From a virus (lineage: Duplodnaviria; Caudoviricetes): 64,000 nt of DNA. The notes under the pieces were generated by a model. The model saw only the letters and a list, made by a program, of their open reading frames with translations, was not told the origin of the DNA and made no database searches. Every line of letters begins with the position of its first letter. Within the stretch, counting starts at the first letter, position 1. The DNA lies in IMG/VR virus record IMGVR_UViG_3300033463_000088, positions 11,081 through 75,080 of that record, one strand, 5' to 3'. The position numbers and the translations under genes are program-made. This document shows, one piece after another, positions 1-9,702 of the stretch.

Positions 1-373
1 CAACTGTTTTATTCTTAATAGCGATGACTGGGAGCTCCATTAAATTGCTATTTTCATAAATCATAGCAACTTTATAGCTGCTCTTACCTGTTGAAATGAC
101 AACATTATTACCATCAACCTTTAATTCAAAGGTTTCTGTTGTTAAACCAGAGATAAGTGATAAGAATAAAGCGCCATCGACGACAGCCCTGAACTCTTCG
201 TCAGTATCAACTGGGAATTTAATAGAAACATAATACTCTTTGTTGGTAACATTTAAGTATAATGCTGTTGGTTTAACCGAAATTTCAACATTTGCAGCGT
301 TCTTATCATTTGGGTCAGACGCTAATAAAATCTTATTTACGGCTTCTTGGAAATCTTTTGTTTTTAAAATCAT
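1..373 (-). CDS. DNA polymerase sliding clamp (beta-clamp/DnaN-like), truncated by window edge
   Basis: Not in the track. My translation from ATG 373 is MILKTKDFQEAVNKILLASDPNDKNAANVEISVKPTALYLNVTNKEYYVSIKFPVDTDEEFRAVVDGALFLSLISGL..., open to base 1. It resembles the clamp N-terminal domain and lies directly downstream of polA. Confidence 0.62.
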   Translation of the reverse strand, partial: MILKTKDFQEAVNKILLASDPNDKNAANVEISVKPTALYLNVTNKEYYVSIKFPVDTDEEFRAVVDGALFLSLISGLTTETFELKVDGNNVVISTGKSSYKVAMIYENSNLMELPVIAIKNKTV

Positions 374-383
374 ATCTTTCTCC

Positions 384-3300
384 TTAGAATGTTAAATCAG
401 CTTCTTGCGTGATTACATTATATAATACAGTTTTATCGTGTTCTGGGTGGTTATCATAAATGATGCCCAAAGCAGTTTCTCTGTCAACAGGGTGAATTCC
501 TTTCTCAGGATTTCCCTTTTCAAGTTTCTTAAACTCTTCTCTGATGGCAACTGCTGCTTCATCTTCATACCAGTGAGATACGTTATAAGGGTCACATTTC
601 ATAGGAACGTTAATGTAAGGTTTAGCAGTGTCAATCATAACTTGAGGAAGTCTCTTTTCAACAATGTCGGCGTATAAGGCTGGACATTCAACTAAAACTT
701 CATCATGAACGGTGATAACTAAGTGAGCATCAAGTTCATTTAAGAGAGGATCTCTATCAATATTAATCATTGCTAACTTTGTTAATGACGCAGCTCCGCC
801 TTGAATACGAGCATTGAAGCATTGTCTTTCAGCTTGGGCGCGTTTACCTGTATTAGCAATAAGTAAGATACCGTCAGCGAGAGCTTCTTTAGCAAGTTTT
901 TCGTATTGAACATTACTTACTTCATCATTTTCTTCCCAAACTCTGCCATCTTCAGCAGCTCTAGATCTTTGTTTTTCTTGAGAAGCTCTAATTTCACGCT
1001 TAATTCTTTCTTCCCACTTCTTAATTCTTGGGTCATCATTACTTTCTTTGTTAACACAATTTAAGAATGGATTAAAGTTAGCTTCAATATTATCATCTTT
1101 TAGCTTAACTGTATAAGATGGTAAGTTAATTTCTGGTAAGTGTCTTCTACGGCCAGCCCAGTCTTCAACATAACCAACCTTTTTAAGCTGAGCCTTAGAT
1201 GCTTCAATTTCTTCTTTAACTCTAGTAAATTTACCAAAGAAGTTATCTAATAGTTGTTGACCTTGTTTTCTAGCATCATCACCATTATAACCTAATCTAA
1301 TACCAGCGGTTTTACCTGACATACCATAAGTAGCAGCTAATAACATAGTTTTAGCAGAGGCTCTTCTTTCTTTGCCTGCTTTATGTAAGTGTGTTTTCTT
1401 ACCGCAAACAATTTTCTTACCGTCTAGCTCAATTTCAGTTCCTTCTGGGTAGAACTCTAAGTTTTCCCAGTATTCATTATGATACATAGATTGAGCAATA
1501 ACTGCGTATAAGTCTTGTCCTTGTTCATAAGCTTGAATCATTTTTTGGTCTTGACTAATAAAAGCAGTTAATCTTGGTTCTTGAGCTGAGTAGTCCGAAC
1601 CGACTAATTTATATCTTGTTCTACTATTAACTTCACAATCCGCATCTGTGTAAATTACGGCAGACTTATCAGCTTGATTATAACTAATATGTGAGATATT
1701 AATAATTTCACCTGAAGTTGAGAACAATTTATCTGTTTCAGTCAACTCTTTAACAAAGACATAGCCATTTGGTGTTTCTAGTTCGACGATTTCTTTAACA
1801 GTTTCGCCGACGCCTTCTAAGAAGTTAACAACACCCTTATCTTCCTTTGCTCGGAATAACATACGGATTTCTTTGTTATGAGATGGAATATTTTGAATGT
1901 TGATACCTGAGATTTCAACTGGCTTATCACCATCTAAGAATTTCCATTTACCGCCAGAACTATAACGTCCTGTGTCAGTTCCCATTGAATTAAGTTTAAA
2001 TCTAATACGATGGTCTGGCCAATGCTTTGCTAATTCAGGAATAACATCGATATATGTAGAAATTAATTTAACGATACCTCTTCTTTGGACGATTAATTTA
2101 CAAATAGAATAATCAGTTTGTTCTGCTAATGCAACTAATTCGTCTTCACCAGTAGCTCTTGGTTTAGCTTTATTAACTACTGGACATTTTAAGACATCAT
2201 AGAAAAGAATAGCTAATTGAGTTGGAGAAGCCATATTAATAACATCTGGAAGTTGCGCTGTCTTAGGTTTTGTTTCCTTATAACGTCTGCCTTCTTCGTC
2301 GACAAGGTTATAAGTATCTTCTTGTTTTTCCAAAGACATCTTAGACTTCTTAGGACAATACATTCTTGTCTTTTCATTAGCTTCTGGAGTTAATCTCCAA
2401 GCTTCAATTCTATCTTTAAGAGTATCTAACTCTTGATTAATTTTTTCGTCTAATTCTTGTAATTGTTTATTATATTTTTCTTTTAATCTTTCGCCGAACT
2501 CAAGGTCAACGGCGACACCTCTAAGCTCCATCTTAGCTGTAACTTCAACAATTGGGTTCTCAATGTTTTGGAAAAGTTTTAAAACTTTCTCATTACCTGC
2601 TTGTTGGAAGTAAGGAAGTTCCCAAAGATAAACCTTATCGGTCATCATTGAGTCAGTTGCAGCGTATAAAGCAAAGATTTCTGGGTCTACATAAATATAA
2701 GGAATATTTTCGAAGAGGCTTTCGATGTCATACTTAGCTTGTGTTGGATCAATTTCTGTTGTATAAATCCACTTTAAGCTTGTAGACTTTTCACTATATT
2801 TATTTTCATCAATTAATCTTGCGCCAATAATTGTGTCCCAGTCAGGTGGGATAGCAATTCCGCAAGTTTCAAGAAGAACTTCAAAGTCAAACTTGCCGTT
2901 GTGCATTATAATAAAAATATCACTATCTAAAATCCTTTGAAGTTGTTCTTTACAGTCTTCCTCAGTCATTTGCCAAGGTAATCTGATGCCTGTATCAACA
3001 TCAACATGATTTACTGGAATATAGGCTTGCTTTTCACCTGGAACATATAAACAAAGACCAACAATCTTACAAGTTGCTGGGTCAGTGGAGTTATTAGTTT
3101 CAGTATCGATGTCTATTCGTCCAGCTTTAATTGCTTTATCAATATAAGCAGAAAAGTCCTCTTTTGTTTTAATAACGACAGTGTTTTCCTTCTGTCTTCC
3201 TAAAATCTTGAGGACTTTTTCTGTAATAATAGCAAGACGTTCTTTAATGGAAAGCTCTTTGGAGGCCAAAAGTTTTTCAGTATTGACTTCAGCAGTTTTA

Positions 3301-3386
3301 ACTGATTCAACTTTCTTTACTAACTTTTTAACTGCTGACTTAGCGGTTAAATCGATATTAAATTCTTCTCCAAAAAGTCCTTCCAT
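384..3386 (-). CDS. polA: Family A DNA polymerase with 3'-5' exonuclease domain (1000 aa)
   Basis: Exo motifs DIDTET and HNGKFD; polymerase motifs DYSAQEPR, RASAKTMLLAATYG and VHDE. It carries two insertions. All 12 Trp codons are TGG. Confidence 0.97.
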   Translation of the reverse strand: MEGLFGEEFNIDLTAKSAVKKLVKKVESVKTAEVNTEKLLASKELSIKERLAIITEKVLKILGRQKENTVVIKTKEDFSAYIDKAIKAGRIDIDTETNNSTDPATCKIVGLCLYVPGEKQAYIPVNHVDVDTGIRLPWQMTEEDCKEQLQRILDSDIFIIMHNGKFDFEVLLETCGIAIPPDWDTIIGARLIDENKYSEKSTSLKWIYTTEIDPTQAKYDIESLFENIPYIYVDPEIFALYAATDSMMTDKVYLWELPYFQQAGNEKVLKLFQNIENPIVEVTAKMELRGVAVDLEFGERLKEKYNKQLQELDEKINQELDTLKDRIEAWRLTPEANEKTRMYCPKKSKMSLEKQEDTYNLVDEEGRRYKETKPKTAQLPDVINMASPTQLAILFYDVLKCPVVNKAKPRATGEDELVALAEQTDYSICKLIVQRRGIVKLISTYIDVIPELAKHWPDHRIRFKLNSMGTDTGRYSSGGKWKFLDGDKPVEISGINIQNIPSHNKEIRMLFRAKEDKGVVNFLEGVGETVKEIVELETPNGYVFVKELTETDKLFSTSGEIINISHISYNQADKSAVIYTDADCEVNSRTRYKLVGSDYSAQEPRLTAFISQDQKMIQAYEQGQDLYAVIAQSMYHNEYWENLEFYPEGTEIELDGKKIVCGKKTHLHKAGKERRASAKTMLLAATYGMSGKTAGIRLGYNGDDARKQGQQLLDNFFGKFTRVKEEIEASKAQLKKVGYVEDWAGRRRHLPEINLPSYTVKLKDDNIEANFNPFLNCVNKESNDDPRIKKWEERIKREIRASQEKQRSRAAEDGRVWEENDEVSNVQYEKLAKEALADGILLIANTGKRAQAERQCFNARIQGGAASLTKLAMINIDRDPLLNELDAHLVITVHDEVLVECPALYADIVEKRLPQVMIDTAKPYINVPMKCDPYNVSHWYEDEAAVAIREEFKKLEKGNPEKGIHPVDRETALGIIYDNHPEHDKTVLYNVITQEADLTF

Positions 3387-3417
3387 TGACGTCTCCTTTA
3401 CTTTATATATTGATTAA

Positions 3418-4353
3418 TTAAAATGAAAATCCGGCAAAGTTTCTAGCTGGTTTTTCTTCAGCTGGTTTTTCTTCAGTGGTTGTAGCAGTTGCTTTAGCAG
3501 GTTCTGCAGTACCAATAGCTGTATGAGCTTCGACATTGTTTGTACCAATAGCTGTATGACCAACTGCTGGAGCTGGTTTTGGATCTAATGCAGCGTCCAT
3601 CTCTGCTTCTTCTTTAGCGCTAGCAAAGACTGGATCACCACCAACTTTGATACCATTATCTAATGTTCTCATACCATCATCAGCTTTTTCAGCTTGAGGG
3701 AAGGAACCGTTAGCTAAGTAGTATTCTAAATCTTCTGCTGGTTTTTCCCAGTAGGAATGTTTATTGATATTGAAATTATCAAAAGCGCTGAAATCTGTAG
3801 AAACTAATTCTGGCTTATCATAAAGTGGAATGAAGTCTAAGGAATACTTAGTATCTTTACCAGAACCTTGACGTGTAACTTTGAAAACATGTTCTTTTAA
3901 GCTACCATAATCTTTTAACTTTGTTGCTAATTCTCTTGAGAAACCAGCAGGACGTTCCCAAACGACTGGTTGAGCAACACTCCAACTACCTGTTGCAGCG
4001 TCTTTATAAGCAACTAACATTTCAACATAAACTGTTTTAGCAGCTTTACCGACGACATCATGACCTTCAGCTGCAGCGCGGCAGAATGGGCAAGTATCGG
4101 AATAGGAACCAACTTCATTTAAGCAGCTAACTGGTGTAAAGCCTGTTCCGAGGCCTTCAAACTTTTTACCAAAAGCTGGTTTATGAACTGTTGCGAATTT
4201 TAAATCTTCAATTGTAGCAGCATTAATTCTGACGAGCGCTTCATCACCATTGCCTTTTAACTTGAAGAAACCGACTTTAACGGCGTTTGTAGATGGACCA
4301 CTTTGGGCTTTTTCTACGACTTTTTGATAATCATTGTAATTAAATTGACTCAC
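3418..4353 (-). CDS. T4 gp32-like single-stranded DNA-binding protein
   Basis: Zn-site-like H...SC...CPFC, FKVTRQGSGKDTKY motif, acidic low-complexity C-tail, position within the replisome cluster. Confidence 0.78.
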   Translation of the reverse strand: MSQFNYNDYQKVVEKAQSGPSTNAVKVGFFKLKGNGDEALVRINAATIEDLKFATVHKPAFGKKFEGLGTGFTPVSCLNEVGSYSDTCPFCRAAAEGHDVVGKAAKTVYVEMLVAYKDAATGSWSVAQPVVWERPAGFSRELATKLKDYGSLKEHVFKVTRQGSGKDTKYSLDFIPLYDKPELVSTDFSAFDNFNINKHSYWEKPAEDLEYYLANGSFPQAEKADDGMRTLDNGIKVGGDPVFASAKEEAEMDAALDPKPAPAVGHTAIGTNNVEAHTAIGTAEPAKATATTTEEKPAEEKPARNFAGFSF

Positions 4354-4416
4354 TGTAATCTTTCTCCTTTATCATTTAATCGAGTATCTTTATAATATAT
4401 TATACGACCTACGCGG

Positions 4417-5358
4417 CTATGAATTTCTAGCCTCTTGAATAATTTTATCAAATTCTGGCTTTGTCAAGTCGTTAATATCCTTTTTTCCGTCTGGAAACTT
4501 AGTTTCAACAATAATAATTCGCTTTGTAAGCTTTCTTTTTAATGTTTCTGTGAAACGTCTTCCAGCCTCGTCATTATCAAACATAGCGTATAAAACCCTA
4601 ATACAAGATTTATTTAGCTGTTCTATTTGATAATCAGAGATTTTACCGAATGTTGCTACTGTTGGATAACCATATTCCCAGCCAGTTAAGCAATCAAATG
4701 GTCCTTCTGTAATAACTGCTGTCTTAAAATTGTTTTTCATAACATAATCTAAGCAGTATACAGGCTTTTCGACATCTTTATCGAGATAAAATGTCTTAGT
4801 ATCTATTGATCGTTTGGTCATCATCACTAGTCTACCATTAATATCATAGGCTGGGAAGATGATTTGACGATATTTTGGGTCATATTTTACCTTAAAAAGC
4901 TCGCAAATCTCTCTTGAAAGCTTCCTTTTTGCTAAATATGGACACCAAGATTGGTAGTTTTCGAGGATTTTTGGGTCCAAAAATTGCTTCTTTTGGGTCC
5001 TTTTTCCTATTTGTATTGGCTCATCCATTGCTACTGCGCTTGATACAATCTCGCCTCCAAAGGTCTTTAATAGCCAATCTTTAGCGTATTCTAAAGAGGA
5101 ATCAAAGCATCCAGCAACAAACTTTAAGAATGAGCCTTTCATATCGCAGCCGAAGCAATGAAACACGCCATCTTTCTTTCTAATAAAGCAAGAGCCATGT
5201 TCTTCTTGACCACCGCTATGAAATGGGCAGCTTACGACGATATCGGTTGACTTATCTTGAATATCTTTTAACTTACCATTAGTTAAAACAATACGAAGTC
5301 TATCTAAGACTGTACTGATATCCGCATTAAGTATGAAATCGTTTGTAATTTTAACCAT
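4417..5358 (-). CDS. dnaG: DNA primase (CHC2 Zn finger plus TOPRIM)
   Basis: CPFH...FHCFGC zinc finger; EGPFD and MFDNDEAG TOPRIM motifs. Confidence 0.92.
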   Translation of the reverse strand: MVKITNDFILNADISTVLDRLRIVLTNGKLKDIQDKSTDIVVSCPFHSGGQEEHGSCFIRKKDGVFHCFGCDMKGSFLKFVAGCFDSSLEYAKDWLLKTFGGEIVSSAVAMDEPIQIGKRTQKKQFLDPKILENYQSWCPYLAKRKLSREICELFKVKYDPKYRQIIFPAYDINGRLVMMTKRSIDTKTFYLDKDVEKPVYCLDYVMKNNFKTAVITEGPFDCLTGWEYGYPTVATFGKISDYQIEQLNKSCIRVLYAMFDNDEAGRRFTETLKRKLTKRIIIVETKFPDGKKDINDLTKPEFDKIIQEARNS

Positions 5359-6698
5359 TATAATCCTGAATCGTCGTCGTCCTTAAATCCATCATTATCA
5401 CAAACTTCTTCTGAATAATAGTTAGGATCGATTTTTTCATCTGGATTAAGAGGAATAAATCTACCTTCGTCGAAGTTTGCTTTATAAATAATCTTACCAC
5501 TGCCGCCGTCTCTTGACTTGACAACATTTAAGATTAATTTATCATCTTTAACTTTTGTTTTGGCTTCATCTTCATAAGTTAAGTTTCTACTTAACATGAT
5601 AATGCTTGTCGCATCTTGGCCAATTCTATCTGATAAACCAATTTGAGTGGTATCTTGTTCACCATTATCTGTCTTATCTCTGTTTAATTGAGAAACAGAA
5701 ACAATTGGAATACCTTTCATAACTTGAAGATTTTTAATATCTTTTGAAATATTTGCAACCTTTTCTGGAACCGTCTTGCCGCCGCGTTCATCTTCCAATA
5801 AAGAATATTGGTCGATAAGCAACATATCAAGATGATATTTCTCAATAAAGGTTCTTAGAGCTGAAACAGTCGCTGGACCATTAATATCTTTTGGTGTTAA
5901 GATTTTAATATCGCCTGGGACGTAAGAATTAATATTATCTAAGTAATTCTTATAAGGAATTTGCATTGATGTATCAGTTCCTCTTGTAATAACTCTATTA
6001 CTGATGTGTCCGATTAAGCTATCTAAACGATACGCAACCTTATCAAAGATCATTTCACCTGAATAAAGACCAACATTATAACCTAATTGAGCGCCACTTG
6101 CTGCAACTTTCAATAAGGTCCAAGATTTACCTATACCTGTTCTAGCAGCAATAACCATATTTTCATTTTCGGTATCAATGCCGCCAATTAATGCATCAAG
6201 TTCTGGAAAACCTGTTGGAATATAATATTTGTTGTGATTAACAACTCTGTCTAAATACTTATCATAACGGCTTGTATCTTCTTTAATACTTACACATGTC
6301 ATAGCAGTATTAGGACGAGTAGTTGATACTCTTTCTTCGAGCATCTTGAATGCTTCTTTAGACTTACCACTTTCAACAAGCTTTTTAACTTCATTGAAGG
6401 TTGTTGCTAAGAAACTTTCTTCATAATCATTGAATAATTGTTCTAAGAGATATGAGTCTGGCTCATTAATGTCCATGATGTCAAAATCTGGGAAGACGTC
6501 AGCAAAAGTTAATCTATCTGGGACAGTTCCATATTTCTTATAGTGATTAACTATATAATTAAATTCATTTGGATATGTGAAGAAGAATTTATCTGACAAG
6601 TTATTAAGCTCGACGATTGAGAAATCCTTCGTTTGTAATAATTTATTAATTAGTTGAAATTGTGCTGTCATATTAGTCTCTTCCCTCACTGGTTGCAA
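5358..6698 (-). CDS. dnaB: Replicative DnaB-like helicase
   Basis: Walker A AARTGIGKS, LLIDQY, SQLNR, IGQDA and KSRDG motifs. Confidence 0.93.
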   Translation of the reverse strand: MQPVREETNMTAQFQLINKLLQTKDFSIVELNNLSDKFFFTYPNEFNYIVNHYKKYGTVPDRLTFADVFPDFDIMDINEPDSYLLEQLFNDYEESFLATTFNEVKKLVESGKSKEAFKMLEERVSTTRPNTAMTCVSIKEDTSRYDKYLDRVVNHNKYYIPTGFPELDALIGGIDTENENMVIAARTGIGKSWTLLKVAASGAQLGYNVGLYSGEMIFDKVAYRLDSLIGHISNRVITRGTDTSMQIPYKNYLDNINSYVPGDIKILTPKDINGPATVSALRTFIEKYHLDMLLIDQYSLLEDERGGKTVPEKVANISKDIKNLQVMKGIPIVSVSQLNRDKTDNGEQDTTQIGLSDRIGQDATSIIMLSRNLTYEDEAKTKVKDDKLILNVVKSRDGGSGKIIYKANFDEGRFIPLNPDEKIDPNYYSEEVCDNDGFKDDDDSGL

Positions 6699-7371
6699 TT
6701 AAATTTAAGTGTCTCTTATCGATACCATGTAATTCGATATCGACTGAACGGTTAACAATTCTACTTGCTAGTCGTTCACCCATTGTTTTTTCTAAATCTC
6801 TTGCTCCGAGATTTGATGTAAAGACATTGGTTTTACCTTTTTCTATTCTCATGTTGATTAAGTTTAATAACTGATTAAGTTCAAACTCTGTACCAACTTT
6901 TGTAGCAATGTCATCCCAAACAACAATATCTGCTGTTAAGACACGAGCTTTGATAAACTCGACGTATTCACTTCTACCTGAGATACTATTTTTTAATTCA
7001 ATTAAGAACCTTGGAACGCTGATAAATAAACCTTGACAACCAAAGTTTGACTCATACCAAATAGCATTAAAATAAGCTTGAATCATTCTGATCGCCCAGG
7101 AAGTTTTACCATTGCCGCAAGTATATGAGTGAATATATAAGTTTTGTCCTGTTTGAACAAAGTTCTTAATGTTCTTCTCAATATTTGCTAGCTGTAAAAA
7201 CTCATTGTAGTCAGTTCCGTCTGCATCAGTATTTAATGTTCGTCTGACACGTTGGAGTTCTTCCAAGTTTGAGTTATCATAGAGACAGTCTAATCTGTAT
7301 CTTCTCATACAGAAATCTTTATCACAGTCTCTACCATTACATTTATGTTTATATGGACAATTCTCGACCAT
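6673..7371 (-). CDS. DnaC/IstB-like AAA+ helicase loader with N-terminal Cys cluster
   Basis: CGNGKTSW Walker A, VVWDD Walker B, TNVFTSN and RLASRI motifs. Confidence 0.85.
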   Translation of the reverse strand: MVENCPYKHKCNGRDCDKDFCMRRYRLDCLYDNSNLEELQRVRRTLNTDADGTDYNEFLQLANIEKNIKNFVQTGQNLYIHSYTCGNGKTSWAIRMIQAYFNAIWYESNFGCQGLFISVPRFLIELKNSISGRSEYVEFIKARVLTADIVVWDDIATKVGTEFELNQLLNLINMRIEKGKTNVFTSNLGARDLEKTMGERLASRIVNRSVDIELHGIDKRHLNLIATSEGRD

Positions 7372-7390
7372 TAACTGCCTCCTTCTTTAA

Positions 7391-7942
7391 TTATTTGGTT
7401 CCTGTAGAACCTGCCCAACCTTCTCCTCTGGTTGTTTTTTCTTTATAAAATTCTAATGGTGTTTTATCTACAATTTCAAGTGGCTCTGTTGAGATTAAAT
7501 GAGGAATAAATTGAATAACTTTTTGTCCGCATTCTATCTCTTGCCAGTCATCAGAAGTATTAATTAAATGGAAATGCCATTCACCTTGATAGGAGCAATC
7601 AATAACTGATGCGCCGAAAATTAATTTCTTCTTTGTAGCAATACCAGATTTATTATTTGCAATCAAAGCTAACTCAGGACCAAACTTACTTCTAATACCA
7701 CTTGGGATAATAACATCTCTGTGAGGTCTAATGTGAATTTTTCCTGTATCAACTTCATAAACAACTGGGTTTGCGCAACCTTTGATTACTGCATCAGAAG
7801 TTGTAAACCAAGTAGCTGGGTTTTTATCTTTCATGTCTCTTTGAAATTCTTCAGTATTTTCTGGAATAAATAAATCAATTCCAGCATTTTCTTCGACAAC
7901 CCTTATAGGGTCTTTAACATTTCTTGTTTTAATAAATTGCAT
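7391..7942 (-). CDS. dut: Trimeric dUTPase
   Basis: AGIDL, NKSG, VIDCSYQGE and RGEGWAGSTG motifs. Confidence 0.92.
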   Translation of the reverse strand: MQFIKTRNVKDPIRVVEENAGIDLFIPENTEEFQRDMKDKNPATWFTTSDAVIKGCANPVVYEVDTGKIHIRPHRDVIIPSGIRSKFGPELALIANNKSGIATKKKLIFGASVIDCSYQGEWHFHLINTSDDWQEIECGQKVIQFIPHLISTEPLEIVDKTPLEFYKEKTTRGEGWAGSTGTK

Positions 7943-7959
7943 TATCTACACCTCATAAT

Positions 7960-7968
7960 ATTATACAA
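7960..7968 (-). promoter_or_regulatory. Sigma-A-type -10 element TTGTATAAT upstream of dut and the replisome
   Basis: Exact TTGTATAAT followed by GAGG SD. The same 9-mer recurs at 18152, 26486, 62417 and 62887. Confidence 0.6.
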
Positions 7969-8000
7969 TAGCGATGCGCGTAAAATGAGTATAAAAATAA

Positions 8001-8029
8001 AATATCGTCCAATTTTTTCGGACGATATT
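8001..8029 (-). terminator. Intrinsic terminator
   Basis: AATATCGTCC/GGACGATATT 10-bp stem followed by a T-rich tract on the minus strand, at the end of the folD operon. Confidence 0.7.
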
Positions 8030-8149
8030 CAACTTAAATATAGAAAATGTAAGGGTATTTTTTAGGTATCATTTACAGTATCTTTTAAGTTAAATATCGT
8101 TGATATTTTATCTTATAGAACGCTCAACGCGCTCACTTAATTTAGCCAA

Positions 8150-8509
8150 TTATTCTTGCGGTAAATTAGCAAAATCTTGACATAATTGTTGATATTTTGG
8201 GCTTGCCCTTGTCTCATCAATTTTGTCTTTATAAACAGTAGGCATGTTTAGAACCCAGTCTTTACAATCTGCTAAGGAGGCAAATCTTAAGAGAGCTCCT
8301 TTGATAGGACAAGCAATCATTGGAATTGCTGTACCAGATTTGATATCAACAATTTTCCAACGAAGTTCTGGATATAAAGCTCTACCTTGCTCTTTATAAG
8401 CAAAGAGTTCATAACCAATTGCTGTTCCTGAAACTTTGACTGCTGCGTAGTGATGATCTTTTGCTTCTTCATCTCAAACACGAGTATAAATTCTAAATTC
8501 TTTTGCCAT
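8150..8509 (-). CDS. Hypothetical protein (119 aa) with in-frame TGA(Trp) at codon 12
   Basis: ATG lies 2 nt after the folD stop. MAKEFRIYTRV[TGA]DEEAKDHHY...DFANLPQE-TAA stays open for more than 100 codons past the TGA at 8474-8476. Missing from the track. Confidence 0.75.
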
Positions 8510-8511
8510 AC

Positions 8512-9297
8512 TTAATTTAGCTTTCCTAATTCAATTAAATTATCTAAAACAGCAATTCGGGTCATAAGACCGACACCGCCAGGGACTGGACTTTGGAACT
8601 TAACATGTAAGTCTTTATCACAGTCTCCAGTAAGCTTTCCATCTTCACCAACATTGATGCCGACATCAAACACTATTGCGCGAGCTTTTAGTTTATATTT
8701 AGAAGTTAATGTATGTTGATGACCAGTAGCAACAACTATCAAGTCAGCGTGTTTCAAATAAAATGCTTTATCTGATTCACTTGTCTTTGAATGCAACACT
8801 GTGACATTCATACTTTCTTTGAGTAATAGTTGAGCCATTGGTTTACCAACAATATTTGAACGTCCAATAACTACAGCATTTTTTCCTTGGAAGTCATATT
8901 TCATATCTTTTAGATAATTGTAAATGCCAAGAGGAGTTGCTGGAACAGTTTTTGATAAAGGATGGAATCCATCAATATCTTTTTCAGGAGCAATAGCAAG
9001 TTTAACTTTTTCTTCAGAGATATGTTTTGGAAGAGGTAGCTGAACTAAATAACCTGTCAAATCTGGGTCAGCATTTAAGCCTTCCATTAAGTTTAATAAT
9101 TCAACTTCAGTAGTTTCTTCCGGGAGATTAATAATTTCGCAATCAATGTTCACCTCAGCAGCATCCTTAGCTTTATTTCGAACATATCTGTCTGAGGCAG
9201 GAACATGTCCAATTTGAACAATAACCATCTTCAAATCAGGATGTGAATTTTTTAATTTTTCTTTCTTTTCTGCTACATATTCTTTAATTATTTGCAT
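8512..9297 (-). CDS. folD: Bifunctional methylene-THF dehydrogenase/cyclohydrolase
   Basis: YVRNK, LVQLPLP, KDIDGFHP, VIGRSNIVGKP, DVGIN and PVPGGVG motifs. Confidence 0.97.
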   Translation of the reverse strand: MQIIKEYVAEKKEKLKNSHPDLKMVIVQIGHVPASDRYVRNKAKDAAEVNIDCEIINLPEETTEVELLNLMEGLNADPDLTGYLVQLPLPKHISEEKVKLAIAPEKDIDGFHPLSKTVPATPLGIYNYLKDMKYDFQGKNAVVIGRSNIVGKPMAQLLLKESMNVTVLHSKTSESDKAFYLKHADLIVVATGHQHTLTSKYKLKARAIVFDVGINVGEDGKLTGDCDKDLHVKFQSPVPGGVGLMTRIAVLDNLIELGKLN

Positions 9298-9307
9298 ACT
9301 AATCTCC

Positions 9308-9556
9308 TTACCAACTAACTATAAAATTTGGATAATCTGGCCAGGCAACATTAACATTAAAGCCTTCAGAACTAATATAATCGCTAACGTCCCAAATAAG
9401 ATATCTATTTCCATATTTATCTGGGATTCTAAAAATCATTTCTCTATTTCCGCGCTCCGCTTCCATTTTTATATAATGATGGAGCTCATCAATAAATTGT
9501 TCTCTTGTAGTTCTTGGGTCAACCCCAGCTAGTTGTCTTGCTTCTTTTGCTGTCAT
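9308..9556 (-). CDS. Hypothetical protein
   Basis: 82-aa ORF with SD, in operon. Confidence 0.7.
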   Translation of the reverse strand: MTAKEARQLAGVDPRTTREQFIDELHHYIKMEAERGNREMIFRIPDKYGNRYLIWDVSDYISSEGFNVNVAWPDYPNFIVSW

Positions 9557-9557
9557 A

Positions 9558-9701
9558 TTATTTCCTCTTTTTTTGATTATTTAGCCATTGATAAAACTCA
9601 TTTGTTGCATCTCTGCAATAAAATGAGTCTGGCTTTGCAGTACAACCACTTGCGGTTTTATATCTGCAAAAATCACATTTAGTATATCTTTTACTAACCA
9701 T
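9558..9701 (-). CDS. Small Cys-rich hypothetical protein (47 aa)
   Basis: MVSKRYTKCDFCRYKTASGCTAKPDSFYCRDATNEFYQWLNNQKKRK fills the gap between fhs and the next gene with 1-nt spacing on each side. Confidence 0.6.
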   Translation of the reverse strand: MVSKRYTKCDFCRYKTASGCTAKPDSFYCRDATNEFYQWLNNQKKRK

Positions 9702-9702
9702 A

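Noticed and set aside
1614-1847. Functional intein in PolA
   Set aside because: Too short, and it lacks the first nucleophile, the terminal His-Asn and a +1 Cys/Ser/Thr; reported only as a remnant.
9595-9670. Two apparent hairpins downstream of fhs, considered as a possible THF riboswitch or attenuator
   Set aside because: The stretch is fully explained by a tightly coupled 47-aa ORF, lies 3' rather than 5' of fhs, and does not match a riboswitch consensus I can recognise.
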